A DNA stretch of 64,000 nucleotides. Source: Pseudovirgaria hyperparasitica. Its lineage: Eukaryota. Positions 11,929-24,237 of this stretch are shown in pieces; within the stretch, counting starts at the first letter, position 1, and each line of letters opens with the position of its first letter. The notes beneath the pieces are model-generated. The model saw only the letters and a list, made by a program, of their open reading frames with translations. It was not told the DNA's origin and did no database searches. The position numbers were made by a program, and so were the translations under genes. The DNA lies in the NCBI GenBank assembly GCA_010093815.1, contig ML996571.1. One strand, given 5' to 3'.

Positions 11929-13613
11929 CTATCCTAGCACACTAATATTAGTGGCGTAAGTCCTCGGCGCAAAGAAAGTGTATTGCGGTGGAAGATCGGT
12001 GTCCATCGACTGGCTGTTGCCATACTCATCGCTCGGTGGAGAGACAAATCGCGGTCGCATCATGTCCTCAACGTCCTGTGCCGCCTCGAGTTCCTCGTCT
12101 ATGGTGGCAGATGCCTCAGGACTTACTCCCTGTGAGACTTGGATCGGGACCTTGAGAGTCAAGGCCGACGCAAGAGAAGATGTGGGCGTCGAAAGCGACA
12201 AGGATAGGGTGTAGGTCCGGGAGATGAGACACGAGTGGAAAGTTGGAAGGAAGTTTTTGTTATAGGGAAGGGTGATGGGAACAAGTATTCTTGCGGTGTA
12301 GAATGTCTTGCCGTGGTAGTTGTCGCTTGGGGCTGGGATCCCGGTCAAGGACGATTCTACGGTTGAGGCGGCTGAGTCTCGACGGAAGACTGGAGAAGAC
12401 GAGCCATCTTGACGTTCCCATTGTGTATTAGCAATACATCTGGACGCCAGAGGAAGAGCCATGCAATAGTATCCTTGGGAGATATCATATGCGAGAGTGC
12501 TCTTGACTGGAAAACAAGTTCTTGGTACAGAAGAGTGAAAGGTGATCACCTTGAGTCTGGATGTGAGGGATCCCAGCTTTGGCGGTTGTTGCGAATCGTC
12601 GGTCGGATCAAAACGAAGCACAACTTTAGCGACGGTAGATATTGGAACAGGCGCTTCGCCAGTGCGTGCGCCAGGAAGATGTAGAGGTTTCGGCTGCGAT
12701 GCTTCCATAATCAATGTTCCGCTCTTTCCCTTCAGCAACCCCTTACGTATGGTCTTTACTTGTCTAAGTCGATAATCCGAAGCGCCAGCCACATCGACAC
12801 TCAAAGGAGGCTGTTCCTCGAATGCAGGCTTGATTCGGACCTTCCTGACGCGATCGACGACAATTAGGGCTTCGTCATCCTCTGGCCGATACTGAAGTCC
12901 CCGGACCTTTATGACATACAGGACTTTAGCCATCTCCGGAGCCATATCGTCGAGCAGATTACTGGCAAATCCGGAGACTTCAGGGTCTCCCATGCTAGGG
13001 GGCAGTCGAAGATGAGCATCACGAACGGTATCGTTATCCACTTTGTGAGAGCAAGCACGAGGTAGAAGATGTTGAGGGACAACAAAGGTAAATGGAAACT
13101 TATAAGTCTGGCCAGCTGCAAAGATGCGTGGGTGGGGTAGGTCTTCTTCATTGATAGGTTGGCTGAGGCGTAGGAACCTGTGGGTCGCAGTGGTCCGGCC
13201 TCCACCAAGAGATGGGGTGGAAGTCAGGCGATCGACATAAGTCTTGCATATGCCTGCTCTACGTCAGCTCCCTGGATGGTTCCAAGCAGCACGTTGCTGT
13301 TGCTGCTGTTCGTCTTCAACTTACCGACAAAGGTGATATCCAGCTCGTCAAACCTGGTGTCCTGGGTGGCAGTGATGTTGACGGTGCCCTCGATCTTGTC
13401 CATGGTCGAGTAGGAAGTCATAAAGGAACCATGAATGCCATGGGCACTATTCAACTCGATATCGACATTAGGACGTCCTTGCATCAAAGTGCTTTTGATC
13501 TTGTGGCCAACTTGATTTCCAATAGACGCGGCCATGGCAGATGCTCCAGAGGAACGAGATCGTGACTGAGGGAGCGCGGACGGATGAGCGTTGAAGTCCA
13601 GGTATGAAGGCAT
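11929..13613 (-). CDS. Arrestin-like (arrestin-N/LDB19/Bul1-type) protein with a C-terminal PY motif (2 exons)
   Basis: ATG 13613 (or 13535). Intron 13254-13324 (GTAAGT..GCTGAC..CAG). Spliced motifs are 'YSTMDKIEGTVNIT', 'HRFLRLSQP', 'YKFPFTFVVP', 'HLRLPPSMGD', 'FLPTFHSCLISRTY' and C-terminal 'LPPQY'. Confidence 0.85.
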
Positions 13614-16324
13614 GATGTGTGAACGAATCATCGTGAGAACAATAATAACAGAGAGAAACCAGCTCCGTGGGGTTGTGTGTCGCAGGAGCGTAACACAGGG
13701 TCTGAAGCTTCAGGTCTTATATTAGGATCCCCCAGACAAACAATGGAAATGTGGGGTTCGGAAAACCGAGATACGGGGAAGTAGTGGTGGTGTAGTGAAG
13801 CAGATGGTCTTGAGGATGCTTCGAGTGATTGTCGGTGTCGAGTTGTAGTGCGATGATATAGATGTACTTTCACCTATTTGTATGGCCAGACCCCTGATGA
13901 AGAGTAGAGAGGGATTCGATGACCTGTTATAGAAGACGACATTCACGCCTTTCCTAGAGCAAGTTGAGTCATCTGCATGTGCCATGTTCTTGTGGGTGGA
14001 GCATGCCCCATCTAGCGTGTGCATCCCCGTCTTTGGCTTTGCTACAACGCCCCAACTAACTGACCTAGGCGTGGACCGACGGTAACAATTGGCGCCAGTT
14101 GCCCGCCAGTGCATGCAGCCCAGCGCCATACATCTTTTTCTTTATAAGCATCTCATTCTTTGAGCAGGCTTCCAAGCAATCAAACATCACGTCTCGCTGA
14201 GTAGTCCACATTCCGAGAATATGACACAGGTGATTCTGATGATAAATACGAATGCGTTGCGTTCAGTATGTCCAGGAAATGTGACGTGTCGAAACCACAG
14301 TCAACAGTCTCAGCTCCGACACAACAGCCATAATTGAAAATTCCAGACGGGCCCAACATCAAGCCACCACTCGCGAGCACCTCCTGTACATTGTCTGAGT
14401 GACAAACATTCTCACGACCCTTCGTGAAAACTTGACATTAGCGATACACGCGCCACTCTGCAAAGATTTTTCTCACAAGCGCGAACGTTTCATAGGCATG
14501 CCCTGAGAACCCTGTTGACCCTCCTTGTGGTGAACGACTCAAGGACTCGACTAAATTTTTTTCGGATGGATACACGAGTCCAGTGGCGGCATGCGTTTGG
14601 TTAAACCATTCCGGGAACGTCTGCCCCAGATCCTGCAAAGAATTCTCAGAATGTCCGTTCTCGGAACCATTCATTCTTCGGTGGCGGGCTTTCCATACGC
14701 CTACTGGCAACTCATACCATCAATTAACAAAGTAGACATTTCACCTCACCGCAAACGTGTTTCCTGATTCATCGACACTGTCAAGCATGATCCTATATCT
14801 CATTACCGCAAACATATCATAGCACGACCTCGAAGTGTAGCTACACCTCTGCATATCAGCCCCAAAGCACCAAGAAACACCTACCGCATCTCACTCACTC
14901 ACTTCAGCCCCCAAGAAAGGCTGATGAATGCAGCAATCCAATCCCATCAGCGTGCTGTCATTCACACACTCACTCTGCGACTGACTCATGTGGCCGGCCG
15001 AGAGATGTTCTCTTTCTCTGGATCGCCCTAAAATCCTTTGTCGGACCTAAGACATCGGCTTTGTTACGGCTTCGGACCTCCGAGGCGCTGGCCTAAGCCC
15101 TACGCAGTACAGAACGGGAATTGCCGGATGTAGGTGATTCTGTGTGCGCTCGATCAGCTCTGCAAACGGTGTATACGGCAGTTTCTATATGGAGCGCTTT
15201 GTCTCCCCAGATACTACACGCTGGTCGCGGCCTTATTAAGGTTGCAGTATCATTAACCGAGAAGAAGAGCTGGTATCCTGCGAGCTGCCTCAGATTAGAT
15301 ATCTAACCGTATTTACGGCCGAACCCGTCCGCTATCGGCAGAATTACCAATCATTTGGCGTTCGGACCGTAGTGTTGGACGGCTGGCTGGATATCGGCAT
15401 GCCGAGTAGATGTGAGTGGTTGTCTTGTCCGACGTCTCTACATTACATAACGTGAATCACGGAGGAATCCATGATTCGCAGCTCAGGCGCAGACAGCACG
15501 TCGACTGCAACGTGAACATGAACACACCCATTGCTGAGGTGATGGAGGTCGTACATCGTGCTAATTACTTCCCAGCTAAATTAGCTCGATGCGGGAGTAG
15601 GTAGCGGATAACATCAGTTTCGAGTATATAGGCGCTAGTCTTACCGTAGAAGATAGACTTAGCTACATATCGTATGATCAAGACACATTGGTGCTGTGGA
15701 TAACGCCAATCATGGTTCGATGCGGTATGGCTGGAATCGTGATAGCAAACTTGTGAGCGGACCGAATGAAAGTCGAGGCAATGTAGATGTTAAGAGTGGA
15801 AGTAGAACTTTGAGACTTGGAGGTGGATGTGGTCAGTATGGAAATAGATGATGATGTTGATGAGCAGGTGCGAGGAGTATCTAGAAAATGACTAGACGAC
15901 AGCGCTAGACCGCAGCGACATAAGCACAAAAGTAAGTGCTAGAGCGGGTGTTCATACATAATTCAACGGCCTTCTTGTTTGAGTGCAAGAGATTGTCGAC
16001 AGCTTGTCTTCCGATTTCATCAAGCTTGTGTTGTTCAAGATGTAGGCAGTAGAAGAGTGTACATGTTTACGGCAAGACTTGCGACGTTCTGAAATATTTA
16101 GTCATGTTTCAAGAGGACATGTCCCTGGTGTACTAGAAGACGAGTTTAAAGAGTCATGGCAGATGTAAGGGAGAAGGGCTGGAGTTTGGTATGCGAGTCT
16201 ATTAGTTTCACTACACGCCTCCGTCATATGGCTATCTATAGACATTACTTACTTACGGTAGAAGGTGCAACAGGACAATAGACTGGGCACTTACCAACGA
16301 GATGCCAGCGGATGGTCCCACAAA

Positions 16325-16452
16325 GGTGGATTTCTAGTCTACTAAGTCGGTGGATATCTAGTCTATCGAAGAGGTGGCCTCTCGAAGGTGGATACCCACT
16401 CTACCGTGAGGCCATTTGCTAGCATCTCGTTCGTGGATGCCTAATCTATCGT
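16325..16452 (+). repeat. Four degenerate ~19-bp repeats (GTGGATnnCyAnTCTA) in a TpA-rich intergenic relic
   Basis: The copies are GGTGGATTTCTAGTCTAC, GGTGGATATCTAGTCTATCG, GGTGGATACCCACTCTACCG and CGTGGATGCCTAATCTATCG. Confidence 0.6.
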
Positions 16453-18226
16453 AAGATTATTCTGATGAACCGCTAATCGTGACTAGCATTCGTAAATAGG
16501 CATATGGCGCAGGCTCGTGGTGCGTTCAAGAGTTATGAGCCCCATTCGCGAGGTTCTCCAGCTGTTTGTGTCAGCTAAATCTATCGACAGTGTATGCTAG
16601 GTCTACCGCTGCTCTACTATTATATCAACACTAGAGAACCGAACGTGCTACGCGGTAAACACCATCAACTTTAAGAGAGCGAGGCAGTACATGCATATTT
16701 CATCTGCAGATGATCTCGAGCAGATACCCGATAATGATCAAGGCTAAAGTAGGTTATATGAATAGGCCTTAGCCACTACGGGTAGTGAGGGCCCTTGTTG
16801 CGAGCCGAGCCTCGGAAGACGGGAGGCTTGAAGAGGCCAAGACTCTGCAGCTGCTGTGCCGCCATAATGTTGAGATATCATCAATGTCGATGCAGCGGGG
16901 TTAGTGGGGCTGAGCATGGTCGCGATATGTAGTGACATATCGTGAAGCGCGTCTTCTGATATGTTTGCCAGGGTTTGTGAGGCAGCGAGATGGAGTCGGT
17001 GGCTCTCCCACTGCCAAATGGGGCCGAGTCACGCAGCACTGAAGTCTGCGTAGAGGTTGCACGCCCCTGCGACTGCTGCTTGTCTAGGAAGACGGCGATG
17101 GCGCGACGACGACTGTGTGATTGGAGCTGCACGATGTACATGTCGCAACAGCTAAAGGGAACAACAGTTCGACATGGCATTCAGGTGCGGGATGGGCTGA
17201 TGCAAATGGGGGATCCGAAATCAGACGAGGATAAAGGGAATGCCAGGCTCGCCTCAAGCAGTTAAGCCTGCCAGCCAAAGGATGGAGAAGGGCGTCAAGC
17301 AAAGGACCGAAAGGAAAGCTACGTCTCTCTGTCTTGGACGCGCAATATTAATTACTTGCCTTGTGGGGTGGAGCGCACTAATACACGAGATGGAGAAACA
17401 ACACTAATATGTATGTAGAGTCGTAGAGAGGGTGTTTAACACCGCGACCGCGCTTCCGGATGGGTCTCCGATCTCACCGCGACCAATCACAGTGCAATAT
17501 CAAGTGTAAGCGCTCAGCCATAGCCCTCGTGTTCATTGATGTGCTGCTGTGCCGCAAACGTGGGCCCGCGATAGACGTCTTCTTCCAATTGTCTTTCTCG
17601 CAAGCGCTCGAGAAACCAACACCCCTGGTTCATTAACCCCCTCCTCTAACTGGCGCCCAAAGACAGTCTAACCATTGGCTACAGCTGGCGATACCATGGG
17701 ATCCATGCTGGAAGGAGGGCAGATATTAGGTACTGCTGCTCTCACCAGACCTCTAATGCCATAGTACAGACCGTACAGTACTGTACGTAGCTCTGTCCAG
17801 CCTTGCAGCAGTCTACTATTCATCCACCGCATCGGGTCCGTGGGCGACTGCTCTATGGCTCGTTCACTCGGCCATCAACCGGTCAATCTGCCCTCCTGCA
17901 ACTGAATGAATATCTTCCCGTCTCTCGGCCTCACCCTTCAGCTTTCCTTCCCTTGTCGCCCCCGTTTCTGCTTCGTTTCTCAGAGCATGCCGATCCCTGC
18001 GTTGTCTTGTTTCTTCTCGTCCTGTTTAATGTTTATCACGTCGTGCTTTTGACTCGGCCTGTGCCTTCTATCCTTGTCCTGATGCCCTGCTGCTGATATT
18101 TACACAAGCCTTGCCCAGCTCTGGGGACTGGCCTTGTCTCAAACTTCACCATTTCAACACTCCCACTTCTCCTACCTTCGTTTCGTCTTGCCTTTCTATT
18201 CGTTGTGCAGGTCACTGGCTGTTGAT

Positions 18227-19216
18227 ATGTCTGCCTACTATGAATCCCCGGCCATGAGCCACCACAACCGCCACCATAAATCTAGTCCATCAGATGTGAA
18301 AGAGACTAATGGCCAAGACGACAAACAGTCGAGGCCTGAATCTATATCCTCTGAAGGCACCAGCATCGAATCAAGCCGCTCCTCCAGCTTCGACGAAGCC
18401 CGCGAGCATCGACGAACCCACAAGACCACCTCGTCCATCCCAACACCCATCAAAACCTCCCACTCCTCCCGCTTCCGCCCACCACCCCTATCCCCACGCT
18501 CATTCCGCTCCTCACGATCTCCTCGTAGCGGCGTCCTCGCACCGCTCACAAGCGACGGCATGCCCAAACCACGATCTCCACAGTCCAGTCTCTACTCCCG
18601 CCGCCACGAGAGCAAGCGCTCACCATCATTGCACAGCGCTCAATCACCCTCCACCACCCAATCCCCACCCTTCTCTCCACGCTCCCTCAAATCCATCTTC
18701 TCCAGCTCGCACATCCACTCTCCGAGCGCCGGCTCCCACTACAGCACATCTACCTCCACCACCATCGCCTCCACCGCCGCCTCCTGTCATCGCCGTGACA
18801 GCGCCTCCCAAATCGACCCAACCACCGCCGCCGCTACCCTGCCTCCAGGCCAGACCATCGCGCCCAAACTCTTCGACCGCAATATTCCCCGCTCGAAGCA
18901 GAATCGCGAGCCGGACGCCCCGCCCCTGCCTACGCCCTCGTTCTTCGAGCCCCACGACAACCCCCTTGACACAGCCCCTTTCCCCCCGGCCTCCTCCACC
19001 ACGCATACCGGCGGAAAGGAGTCCAGTAACCCGCTCTCCAAGCTCGCGTCCCGCTTCAAGGCCGTGCTAGGTGGCGGTAGTAGTAGTGGCGGGGCGTCGA
19101 GCGCCGAGCAAAAGGCCATGGCGCGGCGCAAGAAGAGCTCAGATCGGAAGTTCAAGCCCAAGACTGCGCGCTTAGTCACTGAGAAAGTCGAGGATGTGCA
19201 CTGGACTGAGATGTAG
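18227..19216 (+). CDS. Ser/Pro-rich, likely disordered hypothetical protein
   Basis: ATG 18227 (MSAYYES..), about 329 codons with C-rich coding-like codons and multiple SP/SPR motifs, ending ..VEDVHWTEM. A pyrimidine tract plus TGCAG just upstream suggests a 5'UTR intron. Confidence 0.7.
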   Translation: MSAYYESPAMSHHNRHHKSSPSDVKETNGQDDKQSRPESISSEGTSIESSRSSSFDEAREHRRTHKTTSSIPTPIKTSHSSRFRPPPLSPRSFRSSRSPRSGVLAPLTSDGMPKPRSPQSSLYSRRHESKRSPSLHSAQSPSTTQSPPFSPRSLKSIFSSSHIHSPSAGSHYSTSTSTTIASTAASCHRRDSASQIDPTTAAATLPPGQTIAPKLFDRNIPRSKQNREPDAPPLPTPSFFEPHDNPLDTAPFPPASSTTHTGGKESSNPLSKLASRFKAVLGGGSSSGGASSAEQKAMARRKKSSDRKFKPKTARLVTEKVEDVHWTEM

Positions 19217-19836
19217 GGGCCATTGTGGGGACTGACTGAGGTGTTCATGTTGTTATGTTACCTGAGCTATGAAGGTATAGCAGGTTCTTGATGCCGGTGT
19301 AATATCTCCTTCGTTTGAGACGCAGGGGACGAGCATATCGCGCGGACTTTTCCTCAATCCATTGGGACTTGCCATGCTCAGACGCTACAGAGCGTGACAG
19401 CGCCGACTCGGCTGTATATTCCATACTGAATGAGTGTCTAGGATTGGATTTCTCTAGATATATATGTTGGGCTGCTCAAGCATGCAAATACGTGCATCTT
19501 CTGTGTTCGATGCGCGGTGTGCGTCACAATCTGAGGCATTGGATCTTGGTGTGAACTTAGTAAAGCTTTCTGACTGCCTTTGACTGCTTTTACTAGCTAG
19601 AGGGCCACTTAGGCATGTCTCTGCCTTATACTTTGGTCTGCTTGCGCGTGATGGCAGTTATTATGTTGCGTGGTAGTGGATAGATCGATGGATATACACA
19701 TACCATGCCCTCGCTTCACTCCACACTTCAGCTGCGTTATAGTGTGTCTAACAATAGCCACCGCAGTATCCAAAGGACAAAGCCCATCCCATCCCACACC
19801 CGATTCCTGCCCTGATCATCACAACACCTGCCTCAA

Positions 19837-20966
19837 CTACCCCAGCCCATCAAACCTCGTCTCCGAATCAACTAAAAACCCATCCAAAGACAGCATATTA
19901 TACCTCCCCGCCTCATCATCCCGAATCGGCACAGTCGGCGCCATATTCGCCAGCCGCAGGGTGAACCCCCTCACGCGCAACAAGCCCAGAATCCGCGCCA
20001 TCTCGATCGCCCTCACGGTTTCACCAGACAAATGCCCTACCTCCGCCCGAAACGTGCTCCAGAAGGCGTGCTGCAGCGCCTCGTAGCCGTCGTAGCGCCG
20101 CCAGCCGTTGCGCAGGTGCAGCGTGCCTGTGATGGCTTGGAGGGAGTGCAGGTTCTGGCCAAAGGGGCAGATTTCGGCTTCGGCCCAGTCGATGACGCCG
20201 GTTAGGCGGCTGGTTTGTGCGTCGACTATGATGTTGCAGGTGCTGAAGTCGTGGTGGTGGAGGACCATGGGGAGGGAGAGGATGGAGTCGAGGAACTGGA
20301 GGCAGTCATGTATGATCTGGTGGAAGCGGTGGGGGAGGTTGTCGAGTAATAGCTGTAGATCTTCGGTGTACGTTCGGCGTAGATCCTCGCGATAGGTTGA
20401 GGTAACTTCTTGGGGAGATTTCCAGGAGAGGGCGAAAAAGCTGGTAGTAAGTCAGCGCTATCTGGTCAGATATGTAGAGGCATCTTCATGTTTGAAAAAT
20501 AAGACAACACGAAAAATGAACTATACCGCGCCACATCCACCATAAGTATCTTCCGCCGCATGAAATTCTCATCCGAATTCTCAGGAAAGCCATTCACAAG
20601 CATAAAATCCAGATAGCTCACACCCGGTACACGATCCATAACATACACGCTCAGGAGCTCTCTTTCACCCTTCTCTCCCATCTCTCCATGGAAAGCAACA
20701 CTCGGCGCCCAGGAACCATATATCTTCCGCGCCAGAGCCGCAATCTCCAGGTCGAGCATCAAAGATTTCAGACGGAACTGAACCACGAATTCGGACTTGG
20801 CACCGGCGTAGACCGAGTAGCTACAGTTGCCTTGCACGGCTATGGGGACAATGGTCCCCCCGACTAGGTCCCTAGCTTTGGTGTCGCATGCTTCGCGTGT
20901 TGCGGATGTCTGTGCAAAGAACTTGCCAATTGTATTGTCTAGAGAATATACCGGATAGGCAGACAT
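19837..20966 (-). CDS. Aminoglycoside phosphotransferase (APH)/choline-kinase-like protein (2 exons)
   Basis: ATG 20966. Intron 20441-20526 (GTATAG..GCTGAC..CAG) gives ..DVAR|FFALSWK. Motifs are 'QGNCSYSVY', Brenner-like 'HHDFSTCNIIVD' and 'GVIDWAEA'. Confidence 0.88.
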
Positions 20967-21807
20967 GGCAGCTCATACACTGTTCTGCTGGAATGATGGG
21001 ATGGAGCACTTTCGGATCCCCTGACGTACCCTGTTAGTACGGGATAAGGCTGAATGCTTCAGATTAGTGTCTCAAATTCTTGGTTTGCTGCCGTGGAGTG
21101 GTCGTAAATGTTTGGCGGTCAAGCTCTCTGCCTTCAATTTAAGGTTTACCAAGAGGTATCATGTGATGCGAGAGAAGATCACATGATATAGATTGTATCT
21201 GCAGGAATGAGGCGTTCGAGGGACTATATAACGCACTGCATAATGTGAATTCGACTATGAACTATTGGCATCGCTGTTCGCATCGCTGTGGTGACATTAG
21301 CTGTCGAGTTGTCAGAGGCCAGATGAGATCTTGCTATATCCGCATGTCAACATTGGTCGATGGATTGAGACATTGTACACTATGGTAGCCTATGCACACC
21401 ATACATATTTCACTGTTCGGAAAGAAGAGAGAGTGGTTGGGGTGAACTTTGAATCCTCAGGGTTTGACTCTCGCGATGTCCAGGATCCCGTTCATGGTGG
21501 ATAGTGAGTGGTAGTATGAGAAGGGATTCTGCTGACGGACCAGCTTGAGAAGCGTCTGAGGTGTGTTAGTAGAACAGATTCGGTGACATTGGAAGTGTGG
21601 CAACGTCGTTATTGCCGGTGCCGGAAGATTCGCATGGATGTAGATAATAGTGCCCCTTCTGAAGCTCCAGCTCAGCAAATCCATGTGTTCTTGAAATCAC
21701 CTACTATTGATACAAATTTGGCAATCCTGAGCAACGATTCTATATCCACCCCATCTATGGCGCCTCGCTATGCAGATATACAAAAGCTTCCCTCGAACCT
21801 CGAGCCT

Positions 21808-22967
21808 TCATGTCGTCCCCCGCGCACCAGCCGGCGCCCCCTCACGCCTCTTCATGATCTGCTGCCCGACGGCATTCCGGACTTTCGCATCCGCTCGTAC
21901 GGCGTTCTGTAGTATCCAATCCGACATGCGCTCCTGCAGCTCTTTCATCTGTCGTTCATCGCCCTGGAACGGCGCCGTTTCCATCTGCAGCAGACGCATC
22001 CCGTCCATATTGAGGCTAGTCTGCGTCGTGACAATCTCGTTGATCTGCTTGTGGTTATGCGCCGTCTGATCGCCATCCACGATCCCCACTTGGCGCTGCG
22101 ACGACGGTAGCGGTGGAATCGAGGCCGCCTGCTGCGACGCAATAAATGCCGCCACCGCCGTCGTCGACACAACGCGTAGGAACTGATACGGCAGTAACGG
22201 ACGCACCTTTATCGCCGCCAGAACAGCATTCAGATGCCGCATAAACGCCGGTACGGTAGTATGTGTCAAGACATGCACGTTCAGCGCAAACACACACATA
22301 AACGCCAGACACTGCCAGAATCGATTTCTGCGCGGCGCGATCCCTACGTACTGCGCCAGAAGCATAAACGCCAGCCCGCCTAGATACGTCTGCATGGCCT
22401 GAATACCGCCGTACTGCACGTAGTCCCACACTGAGCGGTAGTGCTTCGGGTCGAGTTTCAGCACCTCCGGGCCCAGGCGATCATACGCGTAGCGCTTCGC
22501 CGTATCCGAGAGTATGTCGCGGTATTCTTTAAGGAGCACGTACTGTGTCTCGACGAAGGCGCGGCGCGATGGGTCTGCGATCTTGTCCGGGTGCATCACG
22601 GCGGTGATGCGACGGAAGCGACTGTTTATGGCGCGGTCATCGGCGGTTGGGGAAACGTCGAGGGCACCGTACAGAGTGCCTTCCCGCTGCATATCCCATA
22701 CGGCTTGGTAGATGGAGAAGAGCATGAAGATGGCGAGCACAGAAATGTGTATTGTGCGGTTATGCTGGACATATCGCTGGCTGCCCGGGGTCGGCTTGCG
22801 GGAGCCGGCGCGGTAGAGGAGTGCATAGAGAAAGCTTTGAATGTAGCTGACGACGCGCGGGAGAAACCACCAGAAGACAAGGGATTGAAAGCTGTACATT
22901 GTTAGTGAGTATATAAGTTTGGCGCCGGTTGCTTTTGCGCGTGGATGATGTGTAAGTACTTGATCAT
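21808..22967 (-). CDS. Membrane-associated DnaJ (J-domain) protein
   Basis: J-domain 'LYGALDVSPTA..INSRFRR..MHPDK..LSDTAKRYAYDRLGP' is flanked by hydrophobic TM segments. An 8-nt first exon ATGATCAA (22960-22967) plus intron 22892-22959 is probable. The alternative is an unspliced start at 22899. Confidence 0.85.
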
Positions 22968-23283
22968 TATGGGAACAGTTCTTATTTAGAAGCTAGAATA
23001 TGCCAAGTAGTGTCGCATGTCTGGGTAGTAGAGTATTGCGGGTAGCATGTACAGTATCGCCAGTCTGTGTAGCCGGTGTGCACTCCAGTTCGAGGTTGAA
23101 ACTTTGAAGCAAGTGAATTATTATTAGTTCAAGCCACATATATGTCGTTGCAGGGTCCAAAAGCCGGGGCGTCGGCGTTTGATTTCCCCGACGCTCGCCC
23201 GAACTCCAGAATTTTTCTGACTGAACCTCAATGTCTTGCGCAATATCAATTGCGACATGTCTGTTGGCCTTCACACATCAAAC

Positions 23284-24237
23284 ATGTTTAAGTCAAAACC
23301 GCGGTCCAAAGAGGACAAGAAATCAAAAGAGCACAAGAAGTCAAAGAAGAGAAAGGAACGCTCAGAAGCTGTGGACGCAGACGCAGACGCAGACACCGCC
23401 GCCCGATCGCCCACGAAGAAACGCAAGAGCAAGCACAGCAGCAAAAACACTGCGCCCGCAATAGAAGACGATGTATCTGAATCACCTTTCCACCTCCAAA
23501 CCATATCCCTCTACCTTCCTCTCTCTCCCGTCGCCATGCGCAATCCCGTTACAGGCCTCTGCGCAGAACACCTCTCGCCGCTTCTCCTCACATATTATCC
23601 TCCTCTCCGCGGCACCATTCTATCCTACGACAACGTCCGTGTCTCAGAGAGTCCCCTCGCCCCGCCCGCTCCTTCCAATGCAGCTCCTTCTCCCGCGCTC
23701 GCCCGTTCCGTGGACGAATATGCCGTGTGTATGATTTGGGTGACCGCTGACGTTCTTATATTCCGGCCGCGCAAGGGTGTGCGCCTGACGGGTGCCGTTA
23801 ATCTACATTCACAAAGCCACCTCAGTCTGCTGTGCTTCAATTTGTTCAATGTGTCGATTCCCGCGGCGCGGCTGCCACGCGAGTGGACATGGGTCGGGGG
23901 CGACGATGGCAGGACGCCAGAACCGGAGCCGGAGCTACAGACACATACGCCGCCACCGAGCGCACAGGGAGATGGGAAGAACGCGGCACGGAAGATGGCT
24001 GCGGGAGATGGGTTCTGGGTCGATGCAGACGGGAAGAGAGTGGATGGCATGATCACATTCACGGTGCGGGACTTTGAGGCGGCAGCTGGCTCAGGTACGG
24101 ATCGGGAGAAATCGTATATTGGGCTCAAGGGGACGATGTTGAGTCCGGAAGATGACGAGGCGGTGGACCAGAAAGATGCTGAAAGGGGCACCAGGGGCCT
24201 ACGGAACGGACAGCTGGCGTCAAGGCCGAGACGATGA
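23284..24237 (+). CDS. RPA43: DNA-directed RNA polymerase I subunit RPA43
   Basis: Lys-rich N-terminus and motifs 'SLYLPLSP', 'EHLSPLLLTYYPPLRGTILSYDN', 'WVTADVLIFRP', 'SHLSLLCFNLFNVSI..LPREW' and 'GFWVDADG'. Divergent from the DnaJ gene across about 320 bp. Confidence 0.88.
   Translation: MFKSKPRSKEDKKSKEHKKSKKRKERSEAVDADADADTAARSPTKKRKSKHSSKNTAPAIEDDVSESPFHLQTISLYLPLSPVAMRNPVTGLCAEHLSPLLLTYYPPLRGTILSYDNVRVSESPLAPPAPSNAAPSPALARSVDEYAVCMIWVTADVLIFRPRKGVRLTGAVNLHSQSHLSLLCFNLFNVSIPAARLPREWTWVGGDDGRTPEPEPELQTHTPPPSAQGDGKNAARKMAAGDGFWVDADGKRVDGMITFTVRDFEAAAGSGTDREKSYIGLKGTMLSPEDDEAVDQKDAERGTRGLRNGQLASRPRR

Noticed and set aside
16325..16452. CRISPR-like array
   Set aside because: The context is eukaryotic, the repeats are degenerate with irregular short spacers, and there are no cas genes.
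19837..20966. Antibiotic-resistance gene acquired from bacteria
   Set aside because: It contains an intron and belongs to the APH-like kinase family that is widespread in ascomycetes. Nothing here indicates resistance function or recent transfer.
21457..21760. Small minus-strand ORF with an acceptor-like CTAAC..CAG
   Set aside because: No recognisable domain, start or donor. It lies in the 3' region of the DnaJ gene.
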